From Octopus sinensis (lineage: Eukaryota), in the NCBI RefSeq assembly GCF_006345805.1, contig NC_043004.1, forward strand, positions 17,918,001 through 17,982,000: a stretch of DNA of 64,000 bases. The letters are read 5' to 3'. Shown one piece after another: positions 26,011 through 38,795 of the stretch. Both the position numbers and the translations under genes were made by a program. The notes below the pieces were generated by a model. The model was not told the origin of the DNA and made no database searches. It saw nothing but the letters and a program-made list of their open reading frames with translations. Within the stretch, counting starts at the first letter, position 1. The number at the start of each line of letters is the position of its first letter.

Positions 26011-26225
26011 ATATATTATATATATATTCATTTATTTATGCGTCTGTGGTTGTTCCCCGACCATCGCTTGACAACCGATGTTGGTTCGGCAAAATAGACT
26101 GATAGAATAAGTACTAGGCTTACACAGAATATGCCGGGGGGGGGGCGATTTTTTTTTAGCTAAATGACTGAAAACAAATAAAAGGATAAAAATTGTCTTA
26201 TTTTTCATAAATACGACACGTAATA
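25430..26225 (+). mobile_element. SINE family A split by an insertion in its internal (TA)n
   Basis: Head 25430-25583, body 26040-26225, separate element between them. Confidence 0.8.
25681..25970. mobile_element. ~290-bp (TA)n-targeting non-coding element (paralogue of 27009-27335)
   Basis: Shares TTAGAAATAGCAGC, CATACTGAA..CTTGGT.AAATT and TTAATTAATTTTACCCT with the 27-kb copy; short inverted repeat 25681-25700 / ~25840-25858. Confidence 0.75.
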
Positions 26226-26459
26226 TTAAACTGTAACTGGATTCTATCTTTTGTTCAATTTCCCCCTTAACAATAAATTATTTCTACTATATGCACAAAT
26301 ATGTGAATATATAGAGAGAAATGAAACGGATTATTGCGTTAGATGTGTGTAGAAGACGTAGGACATGACAAATGAAATATAGTAATATGCATGGTATTAA
26401 CAGTGGGAAATATTAAATCACGTTCTGAAACGAGAATTAAATCCACGCAGTCTGTCACC

Positions 26460-26940
26460 GTTTCTCATTATAAACACACACTAACATACACACACACAAA
26501 CTCACACACACACACAAACTCACACACACACACGCAAACTCACTCACACACAGACTCAAACACACACACACAAACTCACACAACACACACACAACCACGC
26601 ACCACAACAACTCGCGCACACACAAACCCACACACACACGCACAAACACATACAAACACACACACAAACACATACAAACACACACACACACAAACACACA
26701 CACAAACACACATCAACACGCAAACATGCACACGCACAAACACGCACACACACAAACACGCACATACACAAACACGCGCACGCACACACAAACACGCGCG
26801 CACACACACAAACACGCGCACACACACAAACACGCACACACACACGCACACACGCACACGCACACACACAAACACGCACACACACACGCACACGCACACG
26901 CACACACACACACAAACATGCAGATACACACACAAAAACA
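26460..26940. repeat. (CA)n/(CACAAA)n/(CACG)n microsatellite
   Basis: Seen directly. Confidence 0.97.
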
Positions 26941-27008
26941 TACATTTACACATACACTCACATGGTTATATGCATATACATATGTTATATATATATTATA
27001 TATATATT

Positions 27009-27235
27009 ATATATAAGGCTTAGTAAATAAATTACTTTGCCACATACTGAACTCATTAGAAATAGCAGCTAAAGAAATTTCTTCAGCTATTTCTAATACT
27101 TAAAGAAGATCTCTCTCAGATATCTGAGAGAGATCTTCTTTAAGTATTAGAAATAGCTGAAGAAATTTCTTTAGCTGCTATTTCTAATGAGTTCAGTATG
27201 TGGCAAAATAATTTATTTTACTAAGCCCTTATATA
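27009..27235. repeat. Spacerless ~225-bp palindrome
   Basis: Centre CAGAT|ATCTG at 27121/27122; arms match apart from 1 substitution and 2 single-base indels near the ends. Confidence 0.95.
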
Positions 27236-27896
27236 AAATGTAATATTTTGAATTCGCCTATAATGGTCCCTTTACATACTGAATACTTGGTGAAATTGAT
27301 TAATAATTAATTAATTTTACCCTCAATTGTTGAAATTATATATATATATTATATATATACATACATATATACTTATGTGTGAGGGTGTGTGTGTGTAATG
27401 GTTGAGAATATATATATATGCAATATATACATGTGTGTGTAGGTGTGGGATGTAATATACATAATACACATACACACACATGTATATATATATATATATA
27501 TAGTATATATAGCATTTGCATCACGTTCTAATATTGATTTTTGCCTCAAACCAATTCCAAACTTGGCACATAATCTAGGCTATGGAATTAGATATCATAT
27601 CAAATTATCCTATTCGGTAATGTGTTTATATATATATGTATTAAAATTAAGATGTAATCATCAGTTCCAAATATGGCACCTGTTTCTCTGTTATTTCTAG
27701 TCTTACCTTACTTTCACGGCCTTTGTTTTTCATGTGTTGCATTTTAAATAACCTTCATTATAGATGTTTGATATAAACGGAAGGCATAATGGAGCTCTTT
27801 AACATAATGAAATAATTCTGAGGGTTACACTTTGAAAAAAACTTCACTCTGGTACGGAATGGAAGTCAAAATCGAAATCGTTAACAAAATATAAAT

Positions 27897-28045
27897 TCGC
27901 TGTGTGGTAAGAAGTTTGATTCCCAATCACACGGTTCCAGTTTCAATCCCACTGTGTGGCACCTTGGGTAAGTGTCTTCTACTATAGCCTAGGGCCGATT
28001 AAAACCTTGTGAGAGGATTTGGTAGACGGAAACTGAAAGCCCGTC

Positions 28046-28046
<1 letters not shown>
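27897..28046 (+). mobile_element. SINE family A head
   Basis: GCTGTGTGGTAAGAAG...GACGGAAACTGAAAGCCCGTC followed by (TA)n. Confidence 0.88.
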
Positions 28047-28070
<24 letters not shown>

Positions 28071-28077
<7 letters not shown>

Positions 28078-28590
28078 GTAAATGGCGGGCTTTTCGAACT
28101 GCATTTCGGTAAGAAACGTGTTTCTTCGGAACAAATTTAACAATTAAGGATAAAATCTTAATAAGAAATCTTAACAAGAAATTATCAGGTAGTTAGCGTG
28201 AAAAACCTCATAAGAGAAAAAATCTGAAAATTTTTTCACTTGAAAATATTTATTTATATTATATAGAGGGCATTATTACACATAAATGCCACACGCTAGG
28301 AGGGACTTTCAAACTCATTACTACCAAAAATAAACGAATCGTACCGAATGCAACTCTCGAAGCAAGACATTTAAAAACAGAATTTAGTTCCAGATCACCT
28401 GTGATTTCGCAATTAACGTATTATCTACGTCTTTTGTTCATCAGTGAAACTGATTCAAAACACATTAAGAATAAACAAACCAACATACCCGGCGGAACCA
28501 AACACAACCGTCGCTTCCATCGTAGCACATGGAAATGTTCATTCGTAATATATTTATGTAAATGGCGGGCTTTTTCGAACTACATTTAAC
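28071..28590 (-). mobile_element. Retrozyme-like element: 480-bp unit plus ~35-bp terminal direct repeat
   Basis: TATTTATGTAAATGGCGGGCTTTT at 28071 and 28551 (period 480); hammerhead inside; left end in (TA)n. Confidence 0.75.
28386..28451 (-). ncRNA. Type I hammerhead ribozyme fold (A.C mismatch at base of stem II)
   Basis: Stem I AGTTTCA/TGGAACT, CTGATGA, extended stem II (ACAA..TTGC), GAAA, stem III ATCAC/GTGAT, cleavage triplet ATC. Confidence 0.75.
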
Positions 28591-29253
28591 TGTGGGACTC
28601 GGATTAGATAAAAATAGATTATTTCACGTATTTCGAAGTTTCTAGATTTTTATGACGTCGATGTCATTATTACAGATCTTGCTGGTAATAACAAATCTAA
28701 AATAGAGATTCAAAGGATTGCTTTTGACCAATGGTAGAACGTCTGACATGTTTACAAAAAAGTGACTGAAAGAGTATTATGAAACACCGTTGGGGGTGGC
28801 GTATACAACGTTTCGGACAGGGACCTTCTTCAGAGTAAAGATAACTGGAGAAAATAAAAGAAAAACACCAGAATTACAGATCCTCTATTTGTAAGGAACT
28901 GGCTGCAATTGATGGGGAACACAAGATAACGAGAGCTGGCATACGCAGACAGGAAGTAGTAGGATAGAAAAGGTGGGTGAGAAAGGAAGAATGAAAGAGA
29001 AATTGAAAGAGGAAGAGGAGTAGAGGTGAGGATGAGATGAAATAAAAAGGGAGGTGAGAGAGCTGCTGAAGGATAAGATTTGTGATACTGAACTAGCTAT
29101 ATCGTGTTATATTCTGGGTATACAAATGCAAATTTATATTTATACTCGTAATGCATAGAAGGTTTGAGAGATCACAATTTCGTGCAGATTTCATAACCAC
29201 GTATATGCACCAACCTCCATATTTTTTTATATATTATCCTTTGTAATTTACTA

Positions 29254-29303
<50 letters not shown>

Positions 29304-29392
29304 CGATTGACTTAACACTTTTGCTGAGTCCTCATTTGTCATGTGATGACTTTTGTTCAAACATACACACATGTATGTCCAAGAAAGACGGT

Positions 29393-29815
29393 AAGGCGGC
29401 GAGCTGGCGGAAACGTTAGAACGCCGGGCGAAATGCGTAGCCGTATTTCGTCTGCCGTTACGTTCTGAGTTCAAATTCCGCCGAGGTCGACTTTGCCTTT
29501 CATCCTTTCGGGGTCCATTAAATAAGTACCAGTTACGCACTGTAGTCGATGTAATCGACTTAATCCGTGTGTCTGTCTTTGTTTGTCCTCTCTGTGTTTA
29601 GCCCCTTGTGGGTAGTAAAGAAATAGGTATTTCGTCTGCTGTTACGTTCTGAGTTCAAATCTCGCTGAGGTCGACTTTGCTTTTCATCCTCTCGGGGTCG
29701 ATAAATTAATTACAGTTACGCACTGGGGATCGATGTAATCGACTTAATCCGTTTGTCTGTCCTTGTTTGTCCCCTCTGTGTTTAGCCCCTTGTGGGAAAT
29801 AAAGAAATAAGAAAG
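29393..29815 (+). mobile_element. SINE family C with internal duplication
   Basis: GGCGGCGAGCTGGCGGAAACGTTAG..; the GTTCTGAGTTCAAAT..ACTTAATCCG..GCCCCTTGTGGG block occurs twice. Confidence 0.9.
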
Positions 29816-30149
29816 ACGGTTTTTCCATTTCTTGCTGAACGGCCTGCACAAATGATTTGTATAAAGTGATCAAATGTATGTGCTGTGCATTAGCTCGCCC
29901 CCGTAGTCGAATCGACGTTACCTGAAGAGGGGGCACAGTGTACCACATCAAGTGTCAAAGTGATCGCAGCGGAACATGAGACGAAGTGTTGTACTAGAGA
30001 ACATAAAGCATCATCCGTTCAGGAATTGAAACTACTATCTCGCGATTGTGAGTGTAACACTCCAACTACTATGCCATGTCTCCTTACGCATATGCACAAA
30101 CATATATACGTACACAAACGCATATATACACCCTACACACAGGGTGTTC

Positions 30150-30228
<79 letters not shown>

Positions 30229-30860
30229 GTGTGTGTGCATGTAGATTGTTGTAAGTATGTTTTTGTTTATTACTAATTATATTCTTTGCTTTGTTTACCA
30301 TTTGTTGAGTTTTGTAATTATTCAAACATATAGTAATGTCCCATCTCTGGTAAACAACCAAAGACAGTTAATCAGAAATGATGATAAACATCTTAGTAAT
30401 TCCATTGCTCATTCTGAATGAGATCTAACTTTTCCTATTAATAATACTAGCAAATCTACCCATCTACGATGGAAGCATAAAATGAGCGGGAGAAGTCATG
30501 ACAGCAGTATGTATTAAGGAATGTGTAAATGGACTTGATAGATTACTGGGTGATGTCTTGGAGAAATCACATTATTGTTGGTGATACAGCATTCTATTGC
30601 ACCTATATGACATGTAATGGCGATTCACTTCCGAACTGAAATAGGCTCTTAGCCTCCGTATCAGGTTATGTGGGCCACTCCTAACAAAAGCCAGAGATTC
30701 CTTCGACCACTACATAAGTATTAAGAAAAAATGTTATTTAGATATACTTTTGTTTTAGCTGTTTACACTATTTAACGCTTGTTTATACTCTTATACATTC
30801 AAAGTTCACAAATTTCCTTATTTAAATTATGAATCATTACTTTCGATAATATCAATATGA

Positions 30861-31135
30861 TTACAAAATGTCTTTGCAGATGACATTTTCTGTTTGGTCG
30901 ACACTAATTTTCAAATTACTGGAGTTCGTTACTCTACTCATAGCGACGAATAACTGGTCGTGTGTAAACATCGGAGAGGGAGCAAATACACCTACACGAT
31001 CTAAAGTTTGGCCCTGTGTCTTGTTTGCTGTGAATGCGCGAGCGAAATCTTTAAGGTTGCAAAAGATTAAATTAAGGCTTACCTCTCACTGTTCTATGCG
31101 AATAAAGTCCGGATGTTCTGATACCATGGGTTATT
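30861..31135 (-). pseudogene. C-terminus of a Pif1-family (Helitron RepHel-like) helicase
   Basis: FARAFTANKTQGQTLDRVGVFAPSPMFTHDQLFVAMSRVTNSSNLKISVDQTENVICKDIL* matches the motif V/VI pattern TINKSQGQTL..VG..F.HGQLYVALSRV; absent from the ORF track. Confidence 0.8.
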
Positions 31136-32002
31136 TTGATTGACAAAACTGTGATGTAAACAACAGCCACTTCGATTAGCTGTTTCGAATCCGACTCGAG
31201 ACTGACACTTCAATAACCACTAAATAATCACACACACTATATACTGGCACACTTTTTTCTATTTTATTTTCACTATTAGCCGTTCTGGCGACCCCATTCG
31301 TATCTACGATGGAGCCACGAGCTATACGATGAAAATATAGAATTCGTCGTGGTCGGTGAATTTTTAATAAAAGTGCGAAGGTGGTTTATCAATTCAAAAA
31401 TCGAAACATCGAGTCCTTTGGTTCAGCAATTTGACCGTGGAGAAGGAACAAACGGACAGTTGGACATGATGCCCATTATAGTATGATGACTTTTCATTGT
31501 GTCATTCAAAGGACATGTCTTATTTTTTCTATTGTTTAGTGACAAGTTCATTCTATCGAGAATTGAGGAGAAACGCGTTCTTATATTACTTAAAATAAAT
31601 CATAAGTCAAAAGTTTAGTTGTCAGTATTGTTTCCCTTCCGGAGTAAACAATAGTTTATATCATTTTCGTTTGCACAATAGCTTTCTCTTCTTTTCTTAT
31701 GTGTTTCAATTTTTAAATTGAAGACTACAGAGAAAATTGTATTTTACTACGCAGTTAAACGCCATAATCCTCTCTTATATATCGATAAGATTTCGATGCC
31801 TGTAAGGATAATTCTACGGCACGAAAGATGCTGGTTTCATTCTTTCACCAGTTTCAGTTAATTTCACCGGTGGAAAAATATATAAATATTGCTAAACGCT
31901 TCTAACAGCTGAGAGATATGAAACGTTTTGGCACAGTCGTTTTGGCATCGGTAATTCGATGCTGACATACTAGTCATTTTAATCTCTCTTTCTCCATCCA
32001 CC

Positions 32003-32034
<32 letters not shown>

Positions 32035-32214
32035 TTCCACACACACTTATATATGTGTGTGTATTTCTGCACGCATGAGCTTCTATGTGTTTCCCTGCTG
32101 CAGCAAACGTAAAGGCACCAATTGTCATTTTCAGTAACTGAGTGCTTTATTTTCTGGGCAACGCCGTATAGGTGTATATATATATATACATACATACATA
32201 CATACATACATACA

Positions 32215-32250
<36 letters not shown>

Positions 32251-32309
32251 TATATATTTGAAAAAATGAGATGAGTTTTTGTGGGGGGTATAATTTTTAT
32301 TTAAATAAT

Positions 32310-32530
32310 AATGTTTACAGTAGGTTATAGTATTTTTAATCACGTTTTGGTTTAGCTTCATGTGTTGGTCATTAAGTTGTTCCATAACCATATCACTGTA
32401 ACGGCTCTTGTCCATTATTGCCCTTCCTTTGTCAGCTTCTTTGGAAATTATCGAAGAGTCTTTTTGTGAACTTTTTAATGCTTCCAATTGATTTTTAGAT
32501 ATGTTGGATTTACACTTCCTCTACAAGAAG
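32310..32530 (-). mobile_element. Penelope-like element, N-terminal RT region fragment
   Basis: KSNISKNQLEALKSSQKDSSIISKEADKGRAIMDKSRY matches the conserved AL..L..D..I.IK.ADKG..V.MD..Y motif of PLE RTs. Confidence 0.75.
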
Positions 32531-32668
32531 CTAAACCAAAACTAAGATAAAATTATTATGACTCATTATAAACATTATTATTAGAATAAAATTATTCTCC
32601 CAAGATGTCATCTCTACTCATTTTTTCAAATATAAAATACTGTACCAAGAACTTTCTTTTTATTATTC

Positions 32669-32740
<72 letters not shown>

Positions 32741-33084
32741 GAAAACCGCACTAGAATGGACTGGACGAAAACTCTAATATATGATATATGATGTATAAAA
32801 ACATGTAATATACAAATAAATATCTGTAAATATAAAACCATCCGAATTCTGAGTACTTCATTTCTAATATAAAATACCTGTAGATCATCTCCAAACCTTC
32901 TAATATATATATATATATATAAAATGTATGTATGTATGTATAGTGTACTGTTCCGTGACAGTAAGGTCAACAAAAATGTATTCCTTTTTCATGTGCTAAG
33001 AGTTTCATGCTATGCAGACAACTCGGACAACATTTCATAATACATCTGGTGCCTTCATACGATTCTCAGCATATAGACATACAT

Positions 33085-33505
33085 ACATGCATACAGTTAC
33101 TCTTTCCAGATTACAAGTTCAGATTTATACCTGTAATTATTGGGGCCTTGGGATATGTAGCACACTGCCTAAATACTAATCTTGAGAAATTAGGCTTCTC
33201 AAAACCAGAAAGGAGAAAGCTAATTCGATGACTTCAGATCCAATCCATCGCTGGAACTGTAAAAATTTGTAAAACTTTCCAGAAGTTTATCATTTAAATA
33301 TATATGAGCATATCTAGATATGCAACTGTATGCATGAGAATACATACATAAAGCAAAACATACAAATCTGCACATATACATACATACAAACAAAGATATC
33401 CTGTTGATGATGTTGAAATCCTAATGAAGGAGCCTTGAATATAGGTTAGAAACCGGCTCTTACTCTATAGACAAGAAATCTTGAAATGAAACTGAATAAT
33501 GACAT
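33085..33505 (+). mobile_element. 3' end of RLE-type LINE (same family as 2880-3460)
   Basis: FPDYKFRFIPVIIGALGYVAHCLNTNLEKLGFSKPERRKLIR plus shared 3' UTR. Confidence 0.88.
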
Positions 33506-34959
33506 ACATAGATACATACACACACGTGCCTGTGTATATTACCAAGAGTGATGGATTGAACGAATAATGATTTATGTCTTTCCTTTATATTTTATCACAG
33601 AATAACAAAAATATTCCATGCGTTTATATTAGAGTTCTTTTTGTCATACTTATGTATGTGTGAATGTGTATGGTGGTAGTGGTATTGATTTGCAAGACGT
33701 ATGAGGCGGTAGATCCCCCTATGACGATTTGACTTCAATTTATGTTTCTGGGAAAAGTTTTCTCGGAATTACTCATGAAAGTTGCTGGTAGAAGTCCAAC
33801 AATTTTGCGGGGAGAAAAAAAATCGATTACATCAACCCCTGTACGTGATTGGCATGTTATCTGTGTCGACCCCGAAAGAATGAGAAACAAAAGTGACCCC
33901 AGCCGAATTTGAATTTGGAACGTAATGCCACTAAGCATTAATGCCACTAAGCATCTCGTCAGACGTGCTAACGTATCTGCCACCTCTTCACCCTGAAGTT
34001 TGAAGTAAATAATTCCTTACTTGCTAATAGTAATTCTTCCACCATTTACGGTTAAAAACGACTGCGAACGCGTACGCACATTACAAATATCGATGGCTTG
34101 AATGACTGATTGTGACATCTTTTTAGTATCATCGCTGATTCTTATATATAACATATAATATAATACTATATGTATGTATATATACGTATATCGTCGAATA
34201 AAATTACATTAAAGTTGTTTATCCGAAAATGTTCCATTTTCTCATAACATCTTGTTTCCTCTGACTTTGCTGTAGCTAAATGAAATATTTATATATCTAA
34301 TACTGTTTTTACTTGCAATATTATTACATAAGAAAAAAATGTCAGCAAAATAATTCCTCTGAGCAAAATGCTCGAAAAACAAGAGATTCACTATTGAAAA
34401 ACATTTCTCCATTAATTGATAAAAACAAGTGATGAACAATGATAGTGAATTTCCTTCATGATGACTTTGTGTGGAAAGATAACTTGGCAGTATAATTTTA
34501 TATGTAGCTTGACTATGCGTTCGACATTTAAGTTTTCAGTTTTACTTGGTTGAAATATTATAGTGTAGCTGTTTGTTGTAACTGTAATTTTAACATCGTT
34601 AGAACATAAGAGATGCTAAGGATAAATACTACAGTAGCTGGCTTAACATCGTTAGAACATAAGAGATGCTAAGGATAAATACTACCGTAGCTGGCTTTCT
34701 GATAGTATGTATGCATTAAGCATAATGCATACATGGCTATTTTAATTAAATACTGCTGCAATTGCATATACTGAATTTTTATTCAACTGGGCGACTATTC
34801 CCAAAATCAGTTAATGTTTTGTTCACTGTTTCCTATATCAGAGACGGTGAATTCTCGTTCAAGCATTTGAATGACTGTGAGTATGCACAATCGAAAAGGG
34901 TCAAAACGGCAGAAATGCATCTTGTTACTGGCCATTGTTGGGAAGAATTCCTCTCTCTT

Positions 34960-35010
<51 letters not shown>

Positions 35011-35857
35011 TTGTGCTTTTAACACCGCTAGTCCACGTGAAGATGTTATCTCAAGACAAATACTGTAGTAACTGGTCTCTCGACATTAAATATGAGACAT
35101 AGATGGTTATTTTAAACCACATAATTTGTGTATTGCTACAATACCTTATGTATAAAGAGTTGGGAGAAGGGTAATCGTCCTATTTTGGCAGCGCGAGAGA
35201 AGTGAAATCACGTTTATATGTGAAACGAAGCAGAAAATTTGTCTGTTGTTGCCTTACACTAATTTCTGACAAACCAAATTTGTTTTCTATAATTTTAGTC
35301 TTGCTTATTATTCGTCTTTAAAAATAAAATGGCTACATTTTATTTACTCTGACCTCCTACAGTACTTTTAAAAAACATTTATTTGTTTAGAGCATCACTA
35401 AACAAGGGTTTATATTAAGGGGTAATTTCTGTGCATATTGTAAATATAATTTACTGTAATTTTATAATTATTCCATCTATAAGAAATGTTTCACTTCGTA
35501 AAATATTTAATTTAGTTTAATTTATTTGCCTCAGGTCATGTCATGTTGACGATTTTAAGAATGAAATGGTATAAAATATGATTGCCTATGACAAGACATT
35601 TTAAGATCTTTGTCATAAGTAAGGGAAGAATACAAGATACGCATATCCAACGCATCTTCTTAGCTCTGCGATTTAAAATTCAAACATCGAGTCTTACCAT
35701 GAGTGATTTAGAAATTATCATCTCCTTTAAAAGTACAAGCCACCAGGGCACACTACGTGTTATTCTTAAACAGTTATTCACAATAGTTATTCTTAAAAAG
35801 AAATAGTGTTCAAATAATTCTTATTTCATCATACGGCATTCTCGGATTTAATCCAAA

Positions 35858-36374
35858 TCTATATATATAAAACTGTAGTTGTGTGAGTGTCTGTCCCCTT
35901 CGATTTAGATTCCTAACTCCTCCCACATTTTGCGGTGCAGTTTAACCAAATTCGGGTATCTTATAGTCGTGATTAATATCGAGCCCGTCTGGCTATTAGC
36001 GCGCGTCTACGATGAGTCTACGATTTTAAAAATAATTTAACATCATTTTTTATTCCATTTTAATGCATAATTTTTCGTGTGTCGATGGCGGCGGAGTTGG
36101 CGTCCACGCTCAAACACCTGCACCTGTGTTTGCTTCTTCCCCTTCTTCCCTCCCTCGTGAAGCTGTAGGGAAGGGAGTGTAAGGAAATCAACGTCGTAAA
36201 GCGTTGTCAAGGAGACCAGCGTTCTTTTAGAACAACGACTTCATGGCTTGAAGACACCAAAAGAGAAATGGCTAAGAAAGCCCGAATTGGCATCTATAAG
36301 GGAAGTAACTCTCTAAAAATGCTTATATAGTTATTTCCCTTACAAACCGGAGCAACGCCGGGCGATACTGCTAG
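35858..36374 (+). mobile_element. Non-autonomous Helitron
   Basis: 5' TCTATATATATAAAACTG, 3' hairpin CCGGAGCAACGCCGGG then CTAG, inserted A|T; paralogues at 55746 and 57618. Confidence 0.85.
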
Positions 36375-38709
36375 TGATTTAATAAATTAATGCTCTAAGA
36401 ATACATAAATCGCATTTATTTTCTCTCTTTATCCCTTAAAAGTTAAAAATAAATGCTATGATGCTTTATAAAATCAACACTGCAACGGTCGACACTTTTC
36501 TTACGGGTCAAATAAACGCATTGATGTCTTTGTATTCTCACTTGAGGTGAAAAACCAAGGAATTCTGTTAAAGCGTTAGCAAACTCATGAATCACTACGC
36601 TCAGCTATCGAGGTAATTTCTGCTTCCCTTTTGAGGCTAATCCAAATACCAACGACAGAGTTAAATATGAATGAAGGAAGATTCAACCAATCATTTAAAG
36701 GTTTCAACATTAGGCCATAAATCACAATGCGGGTTTGAATTCAGTGAATAACATCCATGACAAATGAGAGTATATCGAAATCTCGGCCATCACGAATGAA
36801 AATCGAACAGTCTTTCTTTCTAGTTCAAGATCGATAGCAACACGGAATTATTCATTCTCTAAATATTAATCAACTATAGTTTGAGTCTTTAAAAATTAAC
36901 GCCTTTCAATTAAGATTTGTAATGATGGAGGTATTTTGTGTCGATTTAATGTAGGTGTCCATATTCACCGTTCAGTCGATAACTGCGAAAACAGAAAATT
37001 ACTAAAAGACGTTATTTTAAATAGATTAAAGAAAGGAGAAAGCCAAGAACAATGGAGAATGATTAAGTTTGAAGGTCAGCAAGGAGGGAAAGTGTGAAAA
37101 GAGGAAAAAAATTATCAATGAGGTGGTGGTGATAATGGTGGGGGCGATGACGTTGTTAGTGATGATGGCTTGTGTTGAGAATTAAGACGATGGCGTTGGT
37201 GATGATGAGGTGACTGTAGTGATGATGCTGGTAATAATGATGATGACGATGATGATGGCGACGACGACGACGACGACAAAAACAATAATGATAATTACGA
37301 TGACGATGGAAGCTGCAGTCTTGGCAAAGTTTGTGGTGGTGGCCACGGTTGGTTGCTGCATGTGAGAGAAGCAACAGTAAATTAATGAAATAATCACTAT
37401 GTAAGAATTAAACACGTTCGTCGAAAGATTTACACCAATAAAGATATCGATTTCGAAAGAAAGTGCTGTTGTAGACAACAATTGCCAACTCCGTTGATTG
37501 ATAAGAAGAATACTTTTCTTTTGTGTTGCAAATAACTTTATTTTACTTCTCCAATTCGTTTCATGCTACCTGTATTGAGATAATTTATGGAGATAAATCA
37601 ATTTAAGAAATATACAAACTATGTAGCATGTGACTCCATTACATAACTTTCAACACATTTCCCTATTTTCTGGGTAATACATAGAATAACTAGGTTGTCA
37701 TCTTCGCTTCCCGTTAAGAAATTGGTTACAGCTTAGGAACATTTAGTAATACGTTTATTGTTCATTTGTCGATCAGTAAGAAACTATTTAAACATTTTCG
37801 TGACTCGCATATATTGCATACTGAGTTTTTGACATGAAAGTGATTATAACAAAGACGGTATGTATGTATTTGAATAAGAAATAATATAAACGACTAACGT
37901 TCAAAAAGTTATTCAACATATTTATCTGAATATATTTGTGTGTGTAGGACATACATAAATACGTTCATATGTTGATAATATATTCATGATAGCGAGCACT
38001 ACTTTCTGTTATATTACATGAATAATCAAAACCGAGGCTGAACGAGTATCTCAAGTCATTTAGAATAATTTAATTAGGGTAAGGTGAATTTGAAGTCTTA
38101 CAACCGTTTCTGGGTTAAACCAAGTAGTTTGTTAGCATGTCCATGCACTGGGTATTCCGTCATCAGAGACAAGGTATGAATATTCTAGACGGGGAAATTT
38201 TACGATTCCTATACGGAATAAAATAGAAGGATAAGGAGTAATGGTTGTTAGAATATAGGCAGGAGAATAATGTTCACAAGCCATCTATTTTCAGAAGATA
38301 TGAATGTTGGTCAGTACTTTCATGAAGGCACAGGTCCTTAGTAAAAATCCTCTCTCTCCTATATACTCTCACTCACAAAATCCACTTATGTCTATCTTAC
38401 TTTCTCGCTCTATATACACGTTTACAATAGGAATACCTCATTCAAAATACTGCCAAAATATCACCTGGATCCACCTAGGATTTTAACTTCAAATTCACCT
38501 TACTCGAATGAATTTATTTTAAATGACTTGAGATATTCGTTCAGACTTGGTTTTGATTTTTCCTCTGATATAATATATACATGCTATAAAGGAACCCTAA
38601 TACGGATCCCTAGATCCAGCTTTAGCTGTGATCTTGGAACCTAACGGCCGACCAACTATGGCACTTACTCAGCGTATCTATTCCTTTAAATTACATGTGA
38701 ACTAAATCC

Positions 38710-38756
<47 letters not shown>

Positions 38757-38795
38757 TATATATATAATATATATATATATATGCATACATAATTA

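Noticed and set aside
25681-27335. Hammerhead in the 25.7/27-kb element family
   Set aside because: Only partial cores (CTAATGA, CTGAAGA without a following GAAA stem); no valid fold found.
28795-28845. CTGAAGA-AGGTCCCTGTCC-GAAAC-GTT-GTA on minus, hammerhead-like
   Set aside because: The core is present but stem I does not pair and stem II has only 2 bp; at best a decayed copy.
34570-34700. Tandem duplication of ~53 bp (also 13-bp x3 at ~14010-14040 and a ~150-bp pair at 45700/45990)
   Set aside because: Ordinary local duplications with no further structure.
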